Shown: piece by piece, positions 19,136 through 28,928 of the stretch
Position numbering within the stretch: the first letter of the stretch is position 1
How the letters are laid out: each line of letters begins with the position of its first letter
DNA from: Deinococcales bacterium
GTDB lineage: Bacteria; Deinococcota; Deinococci; Deinococcales; JAAFIG01
DNA: 64,000 bases
Assembly: GCA_043778225.1 (NCBI GenBank)
Contig: JAYWGM010000092.1
Span: 1 to 64,000, forward strand
Reading direction: 5' to 3'
Position numbers and translations under genes: made by a program
The notes under the pieces: generated by a model
Database searches by the model: none
What the model saw: only the letters and a program-made list of their open reading frames with translations
Told to the model about the DNA's origin: nothing

Positions 19136-19612
19136 ATGGCAGACAAAGTTCCAATTACCCTGACCGTCAACGGCATCAAGCACAGCGCTCATGTCGAGCC
19201 ACGCACCCTGTTGGTGCAATTTTTGCGCGAACAACTTTTTTTAACCGGCACGCACGTCGGTTGTGACACCAGCCAGTGCGGTTCTTGTACGATTCACATG
19301 GATGGTATGGCGGTCAAATCCTGCACGATGTTTGCGGTGCAAGCCAATGGCTCGAGCCTGACCACGATTGAAGGGCTTGGTGAGATTGGCAACCTCCACC
19401 CACTCCAAGAAGGTTTCTGGGAAATGCACGGTTTGCAATGCGGCTACTGCACCCCCGGGATGATCATGAGCGCCGCCGATTTGTTGCAGCACAACCCTCA
19501 GCCCACCGAAGCCGAAATCCGCCATGGACTCGAGGGAAATTTTTGCCGTTGCACTGGCTATCATAATATCATTAAAGCTGTTCAATACGCCGCCGATAAG
19601 ATGGCAGGGTGA
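19136..19612 (+). CDS. coxS: [2Fe-2S] small subunit of CO dehydrogenase-like molybdenum hydroxylase
   Basis: [24 protein letters not shown]. Confidence 0.92.
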   Translation: MADKVPITLTVNGIKHSAHVEPRTLLVQFLREQLFLTGTHVGCDTSQCGSCTIHMDGMAVKSCTMFAVQANGSSLTTIEGLGEIGNLHPLQEGFWEMHGLQCGYCTPGMIMSAADLLQHNPQPTEAEIRHGLEGNFCRCTGYHNIIKAVQYAADKMAG

Positions 19613-19664
19613 AAGGGTCAAAAGGTTAAAAGTTTTTCACATTTAACCTTTTGACCCTTTCACC
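19608..19664. repeat. Perfect 23 bp inverted repeat built from AAAAGGNN octamers
   Basis: GGTGAAAGGGTCAAAAGGTTAAA-11 nt-TTTAACCTTTTGACCCTTTCACC. Confidence 0.9.
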
Positions 19665-19692
19665 TTTTCACCTTCGCTTTTAAGGAGTTTCT

Positions 19693-22056
19693 ATGACCGA
19701 GAAGTATTTTGGTAAAGCCATGAAGCGCGTTGAAGACCCGCGTTTTATCACTGGGGCGGGGAATTATACCGATGACCTTGCGGTGCTGCACATGACCCAT
19801 GCGGCGATGGTTCGCAGTCCGTATCCTCATGCGACGATTAAGAGCATTGACTCGAGTGTCGCGCTTGCGCTGCCGGGCGTGCTGGCGGTTCTGACGGGTA
19901 AGGATTTGGTTGGGGCGGGGATTAACCCAATTCCTACCGGTTGGTTGTTGCCAGACTTAAAAATCTCGGCACACCATGCGATTCAGCCCAACGAAGTCAA
20001 TCATGTTGGCGATATTGTGGCAGCCGTCGTGGCAGAATCTCGAGCCATTGCCGAAGATGCCGTGGCTTTAATAGACGTGGATTACGAGGTTCTCGAGAGT
20101 TTATCTTTGGGTTCGGATGCCTTAGCCGAAGGCGCAGTTCAGGTTCATCCAGAAGCGCCGGGTAATTTGGCGTTTGACTGGACAATTGGCGATAGCGCCG
20201 CCGTAGATGCCGAATTTGCTAAGGCAGATAAAATCATTAAGCTCGAGCTTCGCAACCACCGCCTTGTGCCAAATGCGATCGAGCCTCGAGCCAGTCTTGC
20301 TGAGTACAAACGTGCCTCGGACGAGTACACACTGCACACCACCAGCCAGAATCCGCACATTCACCGCGTCATGATTGGTGCGTTTGTGATGGGGATTCCA
20401 GAACATAAACTGCGAATTGTCAGCCCCGACGTTGGCGGCGGCTTTGGCAGTAAAATTTTCCAGTATCCCGAAGAAGTGATTGTGCTGTTTGCTGCTAAAC
20501 GCTTAAACCGCCCAGTCAAATGGACTGCCCGCCGCTCGGAATCGTTTGTCTCCGATGCTCATGGGCGCGACCACGAATCTGTTGCCGAAGCTGCAATTTC
20601 TAATGACGGAATGCTGCTGGCTTTGCGGGTCAGTACAATTGCCAACATGGGCGCATACCTGACCACCTTTGCGCCGGCTGTGCCAACTTATTTGTACGGC
20701 ACACTCTTAAACGGCACATACAAATGGAAAGCCATTCATGCCCACGTGCGCGGGGTTTACACCAATACGGTGGGTGTGGATGCCTACCGTGGCGCAGGTC
20801 GCCCAGAAGCCACCTATTTGGTCGAGCGGATTGTCAGCATGGCAGCCCTCGAGCTAGGCATGGATGCCGCCGAGTTGCGCCGTAAAAACTTTATTCAACC
20901 CGATGAATTTCCGTACCAAACCCCAGTGGCGCTGCAATACGACAGTGGCAATTATGAACCCGCGATGGACAAAGCCCTCGAGAAATTGGGTTATAAGCAG
21001 TTGCGGCTCGAGCAAGCCGAAATGCGAAAACAGGGCAAATATATTGGGATAGGTGTCTCCACCTTTGTTGAAGCCTGTGGACTTGCGCCCAGTGCCTTGG
21101 TTGGTTCTTTAGGCGCACAAGCCGGGCAATGGGAATCTGCCTTAGTGCGCGTGGCTGCGACTGGCAAAGTCGAAGTTTTAACAGGCAGCCACAGCCACGG
21201 ACAAGGACACGAAACCGCTTTTGCCCAAGTGGTTGCCGACGAACTACAAATCCCAGTTGAGGATGTGATGCTGGTACACGGCGATACCGCCCGTCTACCG
21301 CACGGATGGGGCAGTTATGGCTCGAGAAGTGCGCCAGTCGGATTAAGCGCGATTACTTTAGCGTGTCGCAAAATTACTGATAAAGCCAAGAAAATCGCTG
21401 CCCATTTGCTCGAGGCTTCAAGCGAAGACATGGAACACGTCGGCGGAAATTTCCAAGTCAAAGGCGTTCCAGAACGCTCAAAATCCTTTTTTGAAGTCTC
21501 TTTGATGGCGCACCTTGCTCATAATTACCCAGCCGACCTAGAACCCGGACTCGAGGCAACCCATTTTTATGACCCGAAAAACTTTGTCTACCCATTTGGT
21601 ACGCATTTAGCCGTGGTCGAAGTTGATGCCGATACTGGACGCACCAAACTGATTCGTTACGTCAGCGTGGATGACTGCGGACCTCGAGTCAATCCATTAA
21701 TTGTGGATGGACAACTGCACGGCGGAATTGCCCAAGGCATGGGACAAGCCTTGCTCGAGAACACGGTTTACGATAAAAGTGGGCAACTGGTCAGTGGTTC
21801 ATACCTTGAGTACACCATGCCTCGAGCCGATGACATGGTACAAGTTGAACTTGACCACACCGTTACACCCAGCCCGCACAATCCACTCGGCTTAAAAGGC
21901 ATTGGTGAAGCTGGCACAATCGCCAGTACCGCCGCCGTCGCCAATGCCGTCATGGATGCCCTCGAGCCATTTGGGGTTAAGCATCTGGATATGCCATTTA
22001 CTGCCGAGAAAGTCTGGCGAATCATGCAGCCTAAACTGCTCGAAGCCGCAGATTAA
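19693..22056 (+). CDS. coxL: Molybdopterin large subunit, form II CoxL-like
   Basis: DVGGGFGSK, AYRGAGRPEA, GQGHET, KGIGE. Confidence 0.9.
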   Translation: MTEKYFGKAMKRVEDPRFITGAGNYTDDLAVLHMTHAAMVRSPYPHATIKSIDSSVALALPGVLAVLTGKDLVGAGINPIPTGWLLPDLKISAHHAIQPNEVNHVGDIVAAVVAESRAIAEDAVALIDVDYEVLESLSLGSDALAEGAVQVHPEAPGNLAFDWTIGDSAAVDAEFAKADKIIKLELRNHRLVPNAIEPRASLAEYKRASDEYTLHTTSQNPHIHRVMIGAFVMGIPEHKLRIVSPDVGGGFGSKIFQYPEEVIVLFAAKRLNRPVKWTARRSESFVSDAHGRDHESVAEAAISNDGMLLALRVSTIANMGAYLTTFAPAVPTYLYGTLLNGTYKWKAIHAHVRGVYTNTVGVDAYRGAGRPEATYLVERIVSMAALELGMDAAELRRKNFIQPDEFPYQTPVALQYDSGNYEPAMDKALEKLGYKQLRLEQAEMRKQGKYIGIGVSTFVEACGLAPSALVGSLGAQAGQWESALVRVAATGKVEVLTGSHSHGQGHETAFAQVVADELQIPVEDVMLVHGDTARLPHGWGSYGSRSAPVGLSAITLACRKITDKAKKIAAHLLEASSEDMEHVGGNFQVKGVPERSKSFFEVSLMAHLAHNYPADLEPGLEATHFYDPKNFVYPFGTHLAVVEVDADTGRTKLIRYVSVDDCGPRVNPLIVDGQLHGGIAQGMGQALLENTVYDKSGQLVSGSYLEYTMPRADDMVQVELDHTVTPSPHNPLGLKGIGEAGTIASTAAVANAVMDALEPFGVKHLDMPFTAEKVWRIMQPKLLEAAD

Positions 22057-22060
22057 GAGC

Positions 22061-22525
22061 AGGGGTAAAAGGTCAAAAGGAGAAAAGGTAAAAAGTGGAT
22101 GTCCGAGATAGGGTTGAACGATTTGAAGACTTGATGGTTTGGCAAAAAGCTCGAGTTTTGACTAAGGAAGTTTACCGAATGACAAGTATAGGACAGTTCG
22201 CTCGAGATTTTGGGCTGAGTCAACAGATTCAGCGTGCTTCTGTGTCCATGATGTCAAATTTAGCCGAGGGATTTGAACGAGGAGGACGTGCAGAGTTTCA
22301 TCAGTTTATTGTGATTGCTAAGGCATCATGTGCAGAAGTTCGTTGTCAACTCTACATTGCCTTAGATGTTGGCTACATCAATCAACTTGAGTTTGATGCC
22401 TTAAAAATCAAAGCCGAAGAAATCTCCAAACTCCTAAGCCGCCTAAAATCTTCTGTCGCCGCCCAACTCAAAAAGAACTAACCACCACAACCTTTTAACC
22501 TTTTTCCCCTTTGCCCTTTTCACCT
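22061..22525 (+). other. Octamer-repeat inverted stem enclosing the four-helix-bundle gene
   Basis: Left arm (AAAAGGNN)n at about 22061-22095, right arm (CCTTTTNN)n at 22491-22525; about 24/29 complementary. Confidence 0.7.
22095..22481 (+). CDS. Four helix bundle protein (23S rRNA IVP-like family)
   Basis: [10 protein letters not shown]...[25 protein letters not shown]...IAKASCAEV. Confidence 0.9.
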   Translation: MDVRDRVERFEDLMVWQKARVLTKEVYRMTSIGQFARDFGLSQQIQRASVSMMSNLAEGFERGGRAEFHQFIVIAKASCAEVRCQLYIALDVGYINQLEFDALKIKAEEISKLLSRLKSSVAAQLKKN

Positions 22526-22541
22526 CTCCGAAGGAGTCTCC

Positions 22542-23330
22542 ATGTACACAGCCGAATTTGATTACCACAAAGTCTCGAGTGTTGCCGATGCACTGGCAGC
22601 CTTGGCAGCCAATCCAGATGCCAAATTATTAGCCGGTGGGCATTCGCTAATTCCTACTATGAAGTTACGCCTTGCCGCCCCAAGTGCTTTAATAGATGTC
22701 TCGAGTATCGCGGGGCTAAAAGGCATTCGACTCGAGGGTGACAGCATCATCATTGGTGCGATGACCACCCACCGCGAGCTTGAACACTCGAGTTTGCTCA
22801 AAGAAAAATGCCGTATTCTGCCTGAGCAAGCTGCCCTGATTGGCGACCCGATGGTTCGCAACAAAGGTACAATCGGTGGGGCATTGGCGCACGCCGACCC
22901 AGCTGCCGATTATCCAGCCAGTATGCTAGCACTTGGTGCGAAAATGAAAATCGAAGGCTCGAGTGGGGCTAGGGTTGTGAATGCTGACGAGTTCTTCGTT
23001 GGGATGTTCCAAACAGCCGTTCTCGAGGGTGAGATGCTGACCGAAATTCATATCCCGAGCAACACGCTAGGCAGTGCTTATGAAAAGTTCGCTCACCCTG
23101 CCAGTCGCTATGCAATTGTTGGCGTGGCAGTGGTCAAGCACTCAGATGGTTCAACTCGAGCCGCCCTGACAGGTGCAGGAGCTTGTGCTGTGCGTTTACC
23201 GAAACTCGAGGCAGGGGAGACCACGGGTTTGATTGCCGCTTCGGAGTTGCTGTCTGACCATTTTGCCAGTGCCGAATACAGAGCGCATTTGGTGGATGTG
23301 ATGGCGCGAAAAGCCTTGGCTCGAGTTTAA
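22542..23330 (+). CDS. coxM: FAD-binding medium subunit
   Basis: LLAGGHSLIP, VRNKGTIGG, HADPAAD. Confidence 0.92.
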   Translation: MYTAEFDYHKVSSVADALAALAANPDAKLLAGGHSLIPTMKLRLAAPSALIDVSSIAGLKGIRLEGDSIIIGAMTTHRELEHSSLLKEKCRILPEQAALIGDPMVRNKGTIGGALAHADPAADYPASMLALGAKMKIEGSSGARVVNADEFFVGMFQTAVLEGEMLTEIHIPSNTLGSAYEKFAHPASRYAIVGVAVVKHSDGSTRAALTGAGACAVRLPKLEAGETTGLIAASELLSDHFASAEYRAHLVDVMARKALARV

Positions 23331-23342
23331 GGTTTTGAATTG

Positions 23343-23373
23343 GCTGAGGCGGCTTTTTGTCGTCTCAGCTTTT
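23343..23373 (+). terminator. Intrinsic terminator
   Basis: GCTGAGGCGGC-ttttt-GTCGTCTCAGC-TTTT. Confidence 0.7.
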
Positions 23374-23490
23374 CATTCTCAAGCCCGTCGTCTAAACCAA
23401 CGTCTGCCCATTCCATTATTTCGCTTGGACTAAAATTTTGAATTTCTTTTTCTATCGTCTCGAGACGGCTCATACTTGGTAGTATAGCGC

Positions 23491-25746
23491 ATGAGCGAAT
23501 TTACCCACCTTGGTAAGGGTCGAAAAATTATTGATGGTCTCGAGAAAATTCTGGGTCAAGCGCAGTACGTGGCTGACCTTGAGTTCGCTGGAATGCTGCA
23601 TATCAAATTGGTGCTGAGTGTTTATGCTCATGCCAAAATTAGGGCGTTGCATCTCGAGGCGGCAAAAGCCATGGATGGAGTCGTGGCGGTGCTCACTTTT
23701 GATGATTTACCAACCCGCCATAAAATTATCAATTCGCGTTCCAGTGCGGTTTTGGCGCGGGATGTGGTGCTGTTTGCGGGTCAACCGATTGTGGCTGTGG
23801 TGGCAAAAACCGCCGAACTGGCTGCCGATGCTGCTAGCTTGATTGACATCGAGTATGAAGAATTGCCAGTTGTGCCAGACATGGCAGCTTCTCGAGCCGA
23901 GCAGATTATTGTGTGGCAAAACGGTGTGCCAAAAGAAGGAGCGGATTTAACCTCTTTGCATGGCGATACGGCGGTTGGAGCATCACAACAGATTACGGGG
24001 TCAAACATTCTTGAGTCAAAAACCTTCTCGAGGGGTGATGTGGGGGCTGCTTTTGCCAGTGCCGATATTATTCTCGAGCAGACGTTTTCTACGCCGTGGG
24101 TGCATCAGGCATACCTCGAGCCTCATGCAGCTGTGGTTGTGCCGGGGACAGAATTAACAGTCTACTCGAGTACCCAAGGGCAGTTTGCGGTGCGTTCCGA
24201 AGTGGCACGGCTTTTGGGGATGCCCGAACGCAAGGTGCGGGTTGTACCAATGACGGTCGGCGGTGGTTTTGGGGCAAAATATGGGTTAATCGAACCGCTT
24301 GTGGCGGCAATTGCAGTGGCGCTGAATAGACCAGTCAAAATGGTTTTAACCCGAAGTGAAGACATGATGACCACCACTCCTGCTCCAGCCACCGAATTTA
24401 AGGCACGGCTGGCAGCAAATTCAAATGGCGATTTATTGGCGCTCGAGACCGATGTGGATATGGACAATGGTGTTTTTCCATTTGGCTTTGGCAGTATTGT
24501 AGCCATGCTTTTTGGTGGCACGTACAAATGCCCGAGTTTCCGAGCTACGATTCGGCAATTGGCAACCCATAAGCCGCAAGGCGGAGCATACCGTGCGCCC
24601 GGAGCGCCCCAAGTCGCCTTTGTTCTCGAGAGTTTAGTAGATGAACTGGTGCGTCGCGTCAAAGCCGACCCAATCACATGGCGGCTGCGTCATGCGGTTG
24701 TGGCTGGCGACCCAACTGGAACAGGGGCAACTTGGGGTGGAATTGGTATGCGCGATGTTCTCGAGGCAGCCCAAAAACATCCAATCTTGACTGCGCCTCG
24801 AGAACCAAATGTGGGTCTTGGCATTGCCGTTGGCGCGTGGGGTGGGGCATTTTCCCCGGCTGGTGCGGTTTGCCGCATTGAACCAGACGGCACAGTGCGG
24901 CTTCAAGTGGGCAGCGTGGACATCAGTGGGGTGCATAGTTCCTTGGTGTTGGTGGTTGCTGAAACGTTAAGCATTGAACCCGAAAGTATCGAACTGGTGC
25001 AGGGCGATACCAACATGGGTCCATATGCCCCTGCTTCGGGCGGTTCGCAAGTCACGGTTAGTGTCTCGGGCGCGGTGCTGGATGCCTCGAATAGTGTTAA
25101 ACAACAACTTCTTAAACTGGCAGCCTCCGAACTCGAGGCGCACATCGAAGATTTAGAACTTAAAAACGGTCAAGCCCAAGTCAAAGGCGTGCCAGACCGT
25201 GGTATCACGATTGCCAAACTGGCTGGAATTGCCCAACGCAAAGCTGGTGGCGATGGTCCAATTGTCGCCCAAGGACGCAGTGCCATGAAATCTGGTGCGC
25301 CCGGCTTTGCGGTTCACTTGGCAAAAGTTCACGTTGACCCAGAGACTGGTTTTGTTACACCACTCCAGCAAGTTGCTATTCAAGATGTTGGTTTTGCCTT
25401 AAATCCAACCCTTGTCCAAGGGCAAATGCACGGCGGTACAGCCCAAGGCATCGGCATGGGTTTATACGAAGCTATGCGTCACGACCAAGTTGGTGGTCAC
25501 AGCACCGCCAATTTTCTCGAGTACGCTTTTCCACGCGCCACTGATATTCCGCCACTCGAGACGACGATGGTACAAAACCCGTCTGACGCTGCTCCGTTTG
25601 GCGCTCGAGTGGTTGGCGAACCGCCACTTGTGCCGGGTGCAGCCGCGATTTGCAATGCGATTTTTGATGCCGTCGGGGTGCGGATTCTCGAGCTACCCGC
25701 CAAGCCCGAAACCATTTGGCGTGAGATGAAAAGGTTAAAAGGTTAA
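23491..25746 (+). CDS. Second xanthine-dehydrogenase-family molybdopterin subunit
   Basis: HQAYLEPH, VGGGFGAK, AYRAPGAPQ, QGIGMGLYE. Confidence 0.9.
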   Translation: MSEFTHLGKGRKIIDGLEKILGQAQYVADLEFAGMLHIKLVLSVYAHAKIRALHLEAAKAMDGVVAVLTFDDLPTRHKIINSRSSAVLARDVVLFAGQPIVAVVAKTAELAADAASLIDIEYEELPVVPDMAASRAEQIIVWQNGVPKEGADLTSLHGDTAVGASQQITGSNILESKTFSRGDVGAAFASADIILEQTFSTPWVHQAYLEPHAAVVVPGTELTVYSSTQGQFAVRSEVARLLGMPERKVRVVPMTVGGGFGAKYGLIEPLVAAIAVALNRPVKMVLTRSEDMMTTTPAPATEFKARLAANSNGDLLALETDVDMDNGVFPFGFGSIVAMLFGGTYKCPSFRATIRQLATHKPQGGAYRAPGAPQVAFVLESLVDELVRRVKADPITWRLRHAVVAGDPTGTGATWGGIGMRDVLEAAQKHPILTAPREPNVGLGIAVGAWGGAFSPAGAVCRIEPDGTVRLQVGSVDISGVHSSLVLVVAETLSIEPESIELVQGDTNMGPYAPASGGSQVTVSVSGAVLDASNSVKQQLLKLAASELEAHIEDLELKNGQAQVKGVPDRGITIAKLAGIAQRKAGGDGPIVAQGRSAMKSGAPGFAVHLAKVHVDPETGFVTPLQQVAIQDVGFALNPTLVQGQMHGGTAQGIGMGLYEAMRHDQVGGHSTANFLEYAFPRATDIPPLETTMVQNPSDAAPFGARVVGEPPLVPGAAAICNAIFDAVGVRILELPAKPETIWREMKRLKG

Positions 25747-25888
25747 AAGGGGGAGTAGGTTTTTACTTCTTGACCATATACACGCACCCATCTTGGGCAG
25801 CACCTTCTTGCTCACAAGACAGCACCTATCGGGCTGCTTGCGCTTCGTGCATGGTCGCTTTTAACCTTTTCTACTTTTCCCCTAGACC

Positions 25889-27334
25889 TCAGTCTAGATT
25901 AAACTCCATGCTATCAAAGACATCCTGAGTGGCATGGCGGACGGTGGGGGTGTCTGGGGCTTGATAAAACTCGCCTTGAAAAAAGCCTCGAGTCAGTTTT
26001 TGCACCACGGGCATCAGAATAAATAAAGCGATGATGTTTGGCACTGCCATGATAGCCAATAAAAATTCGGCACTCGAGAGAAAGCTGCCATATTCGACCA
26101 CAATAAATGGCGCAAGAAAAACCATCCCGACCCAGACCAAACGCAACGACCAACGCAAGCCATCGCCAAATAAATGCCCAAAGGCTTCTTCGGCATAGAG
26201 CGCCCATGCGATGGTGGTGGCGATGGCAAATAGCGTAATCACGACGGCTAATGTGCCTGTGCCTAAGCCTGCCAGTTGCTCGTTAAAGTTTGTGCCAACC
26301 ACCCCAAGGCTACGAAAAGCACTGGTCACGGTTTCGGCTGGAATGGCTTCACCCATGCCTTGCCAAACGGCTGGCACGGTTAAAACCGCCAGAGCCGTTA
26401 AACTCGAGACCATCAGTGCCACAAAAACCTCGACCACGCCCCAAAAACCTTGACGCACAGGATGATCAACTTGGGCTTGAGCGTGAGCGATACTCGAGAC
26501 CCCTAAGCCCGCCCCAGTGGCAAAAATACTGCGGGCAAAACCTTGCGAAACAATTGCAAAAAGTGCATAGCCCGTGCCGCCAGCCGCCGCCGCATTAAAA
26601 GAAATTACGCCTGTAAAAATACTGGCAAAAGCACTGGGGAGAACCGCAAAATTTTTAATGATTAAACCAATCGCTAAAACTGCATAAATACCCAGCATTA
26701 AAGGAAATAATACTTGTGCCACTCGAGCAATTCGGGTTGCGCCACCGCCGATAATCAGCAGCACAATAATTGCCATCACCAGACTCGAGAAGACTGGGCG
26801 CAGTTCAAAACTGGCTTCAAGGGCGGTGGTTGCCCCCGAAATTTGCGCTAAATTGCCAAGTGCAAAAGCGGCAATAATTGCCAAGACCGAAAAAGCTGCT
26901 CCTAAAAACTTGCCAATCGGGGCTGGAAAAACGCCTCGAGCAATGTACAAAAACGGACCACCCAAAATACTGCCATCGCTGTAGATTCGCCGTAAATGCT
27001 GTGCCAAGACAACCTCGCCGTATTTGAGTGCCATTGCCAGCAGACCAAAAACCCACATCCATAAAATTGCACCCGGACCACCCAGTAAAATGCCAGCCGT
27101 GACCCCGACAATGCTGCCCGTGCCAACTGTGCCGCACAGGGCAATCATGGTGGCTTGATAGGCTGTGATTTGACCACTCGAGCCAAAGTGTCGTTCACGG
27201 ATTGCGCCAATCGTTTCGGTAATAATCAGACCAAGTTTTGAGAACTGGATTCCACCACTGATAACCGTATATAAAATGGCTGCCAGCAGTAGTGGCACAA
27301 CAAGGATTAAGGTGCGGAGCAAATCTGGACTCAT
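25889..27334 (-). CDS. Alanine/glycine:cation symporter family
   Basis: GTVGTGSIVGV..GGPGAILWMW, GGPFLYI, HPVRQG. Confidence 0.9.
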   Translation of the reverse strand: MSPDLLRTLILVVPLLLAAILYTVISGGIQFSKLGLIITETIGAIRERHFGSSGQITAYQATMIALCGTVGTGSIVGVTAGILLGGPGAILWMWVFGLLAMALKYGEVVLAQHLRRIYSDGSILGGPFLYIARGVFPAPIGKFLGAAFSVLAIIAAFALGNLAQISGATTALEASFELRPVFSSLVMAIIVLLIIGGGATRIARVAQVLFPLMLGIYAVLAIGLIIKNFAVLPSAFASIFTGVISFNAAAAGGTGYALFAIVSQGFARSIFATGAGLGVSSIAHAQAQVDHPVRQGFWGVVEVFVALMVSSLTALAVLTVPAVWQGMGEAIPAETVTSAFRSLGVVGTNFNEQLAGLGTGTLAVVITLFAIATTIAWALYAEEAFGHLFGDGLRWSLRLVWVGMVFLAPFIVVEYGSFLSSAEFLLAIMAVPNIIALFILMPVVQKLTRGFFQGEFYQAPDTPTVRHATQDVFDSMEFNLD

Positions 27335-27405
27335 GACTCTACTGTATCAGGATTCAGGCTGTGCTGCACTTTCTGGAGTTATCTTGTTGCATCCGATGGG
27401 AGACA

Positions 27406-28203
27406 TCAGCGTGTTCCACCCGATGGGACGACCCGAATTTTCATGCCTCGAGCCACTTTGAGTTTTTTCATCGCCACTTCTGCCATTTGTATCCGCCCAA
27501 GGCTATTTTCTCGACCACGCACCCGAAACATTTGCCGCTCACCTTTTGGGGTGATAATTGTGGCTAAGACCGTGCCATAAATTGCTTTCCACTGGTCATA
27601 AAGGCTTTGGTCAACAAAAATCGTGGCTTCGTCGGGACTATAAATCGGTAAGACCATCAACTCGAGCGGTTCGGTAATCTGGCTGGCAGAACCGAGTAAA
27701 ATTTGCCGTTCGTTGGTCAATTCGACCAGGATTTCGGCAGTTCGGCGCGGTGGTAAGTCGCAACCATGAATAATTTCCTCGATATTGCTTTTCCCATTGA
27801 CCAAGCCAATCACCTCAAGCCGTTCGGGGTTGGTGCTGCTTGGTGCGACCCCAGCCCACTGTGGCGAGAGCATCCAGTTTTTTAAGCGCCCACGAATTTT
27901 TTTCCACTCGAGGTTTTCGCTGTGCAGTTCTAAAAGTAAAAGTTGGGTGGGACGGTCAATGCTCTGTTCGTTGGGTAATTTATTTTCAAAAAACTCAAAA
28001 GCAGCACTGGGAAAGCTCGAGATGATACTGAGCGCCCGTTCACCCTTGGATGGTGGATAGACGGCATGGACAATTCGCCCATTGATGACGCTAATCAGTC
28101 CGCCTTGGGCATACTCGAGTCGCACCGAACCCGTGCGGGCATCGCGTTGCAGCATTTGCAGCACCCCAACCAAGGGAAAATCTGCGACATTTCCTTTTAG
28201 CAC
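27406..28203 (-). CDS. DUF4388 (PATAN-like) domain protein
   Basis: LKGNVADFPLVGVLQML...TG...GRIVHA; start uncertain (GTG 28203 or 28242). Confidence 0.7.
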   Translation of the reverse strand: MLKGNVADFPLVGVLQMLQRDARTGSVRLEYAQGGLISVINGRIVHAVYPPSKGERALSIISSFPSAAFEFFENKLPNEQSIDRPTQLLLLELHSENLEWKKIRGRLKNWMLSPQWAGVAPSSTNPERLEVIGLVNGKSNIEEIIHGCDLPPRRTAEILVELTNERQILLGSASQITEPLELMVLPIYSPDEATIFVDQSLYDQWKAIYGTVLATIITPKGERQMFRVRGRENSLGRIQMAEVAMKKLKVARGMKIRVVPSGGTR

Positions 28204-28258
28204 AACGCTGCTCTCATGGATGGCGATTATGACACGCTTCACTTCAAATGCAAATATC

Positions 28259-28307
28259 GTATGGCACAGTTCATGGTGTTGTATGGCACAGTTCATGGTG
28301 TTGTATG
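28259..28307 (+). repeat. 22 bp tandem duplication in a divergent promoter region
   Basis: GTATGGCACAGTTCATGGTGTT x2 + GTATG. Confidence 0.85.
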
Positions 28308-28316
28308 CTTTGTTTT

Positions 28317-28718
28317 ATGCCAGTTAAACAATCACAGACTCGGTTTCGGGTACGTTACGCCGAAACCGATGCCATGGGTATCGCCCATCACAGTAATTAT
28401 TTGATTTGGCTCGAGATGGGCAGGGTAGAATTTTTGACCCAACTTGGGCTGCCATACCGCGAAGTCGAAAAGCGTGGGGTCTTGTTGGTGGTCAGTGGCG
28501 CAGCCGTCAAATACCGCCGCCCAGCGATATTTGACGATGAGCTTTTATTGACCACTCGAGTCGGCGCACTCAAATCGCGTTTGATTCGTTTTGAATACGC
28601 CATCGAACGCACCCACGACTCAGCTTTAATTGCCGAAGGTTCGACCGAGCATATCGCTACCGATTTTGAGAAGCGTGCCATTCCAATTCCACAGTATTTG
28701 CGCGAATTGCTCGAGTAA
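28317..28718 (+). CDS. Acyl-CoA thioesterase (YbgC/4HBT family)
   Basis: RVRYAETDAMGIAHHSNYLIWLEMGR. Confidence 0.9.
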   Translation: MPVKQSQTRFRVRYAETDAMGIAHHSNYLIWLEMGRVEFLTQLGLPYREVEKRGVLLVVSGAAVKYRRPAIFDDELLLTTRVGALKSRLIRFEYAIERTHDSALIAEGSTEHIATDFEKRAIPIPQYLRELLE

Positions 28719-28928
28719 TCTATGCTATACTTAAAGTCGTGGTTAGCCAATTGTCAGTCTGCAACCCTTAATTTACCAACCAAAAAATGTGCATTTGGTC
28801 GCCCTGCGCTAGACTAATGTGCCGCCCAAGGAGTCATCATTAGCACGTCATCTCGTCCTGTTCGTCCACGCCGCAGCAAAAACTTTTCCGAAATAGCGCC
28901 GCTTTTTGAAGCCCCAGCCCCAGAACCC

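Noticed and set aside
19693..22056. Bona fide aerobic CO dehydrogenase
   Set aside because: Lacks the form I AYXCSFR motif and the coxMSL-DEF arrangement
22095..22481. Diversity-generating retroelement (Avd) or rRNA intervening sequence
   Set aside because: No reverse transcriptase, TR/VR pair or rRNA sequence in the window
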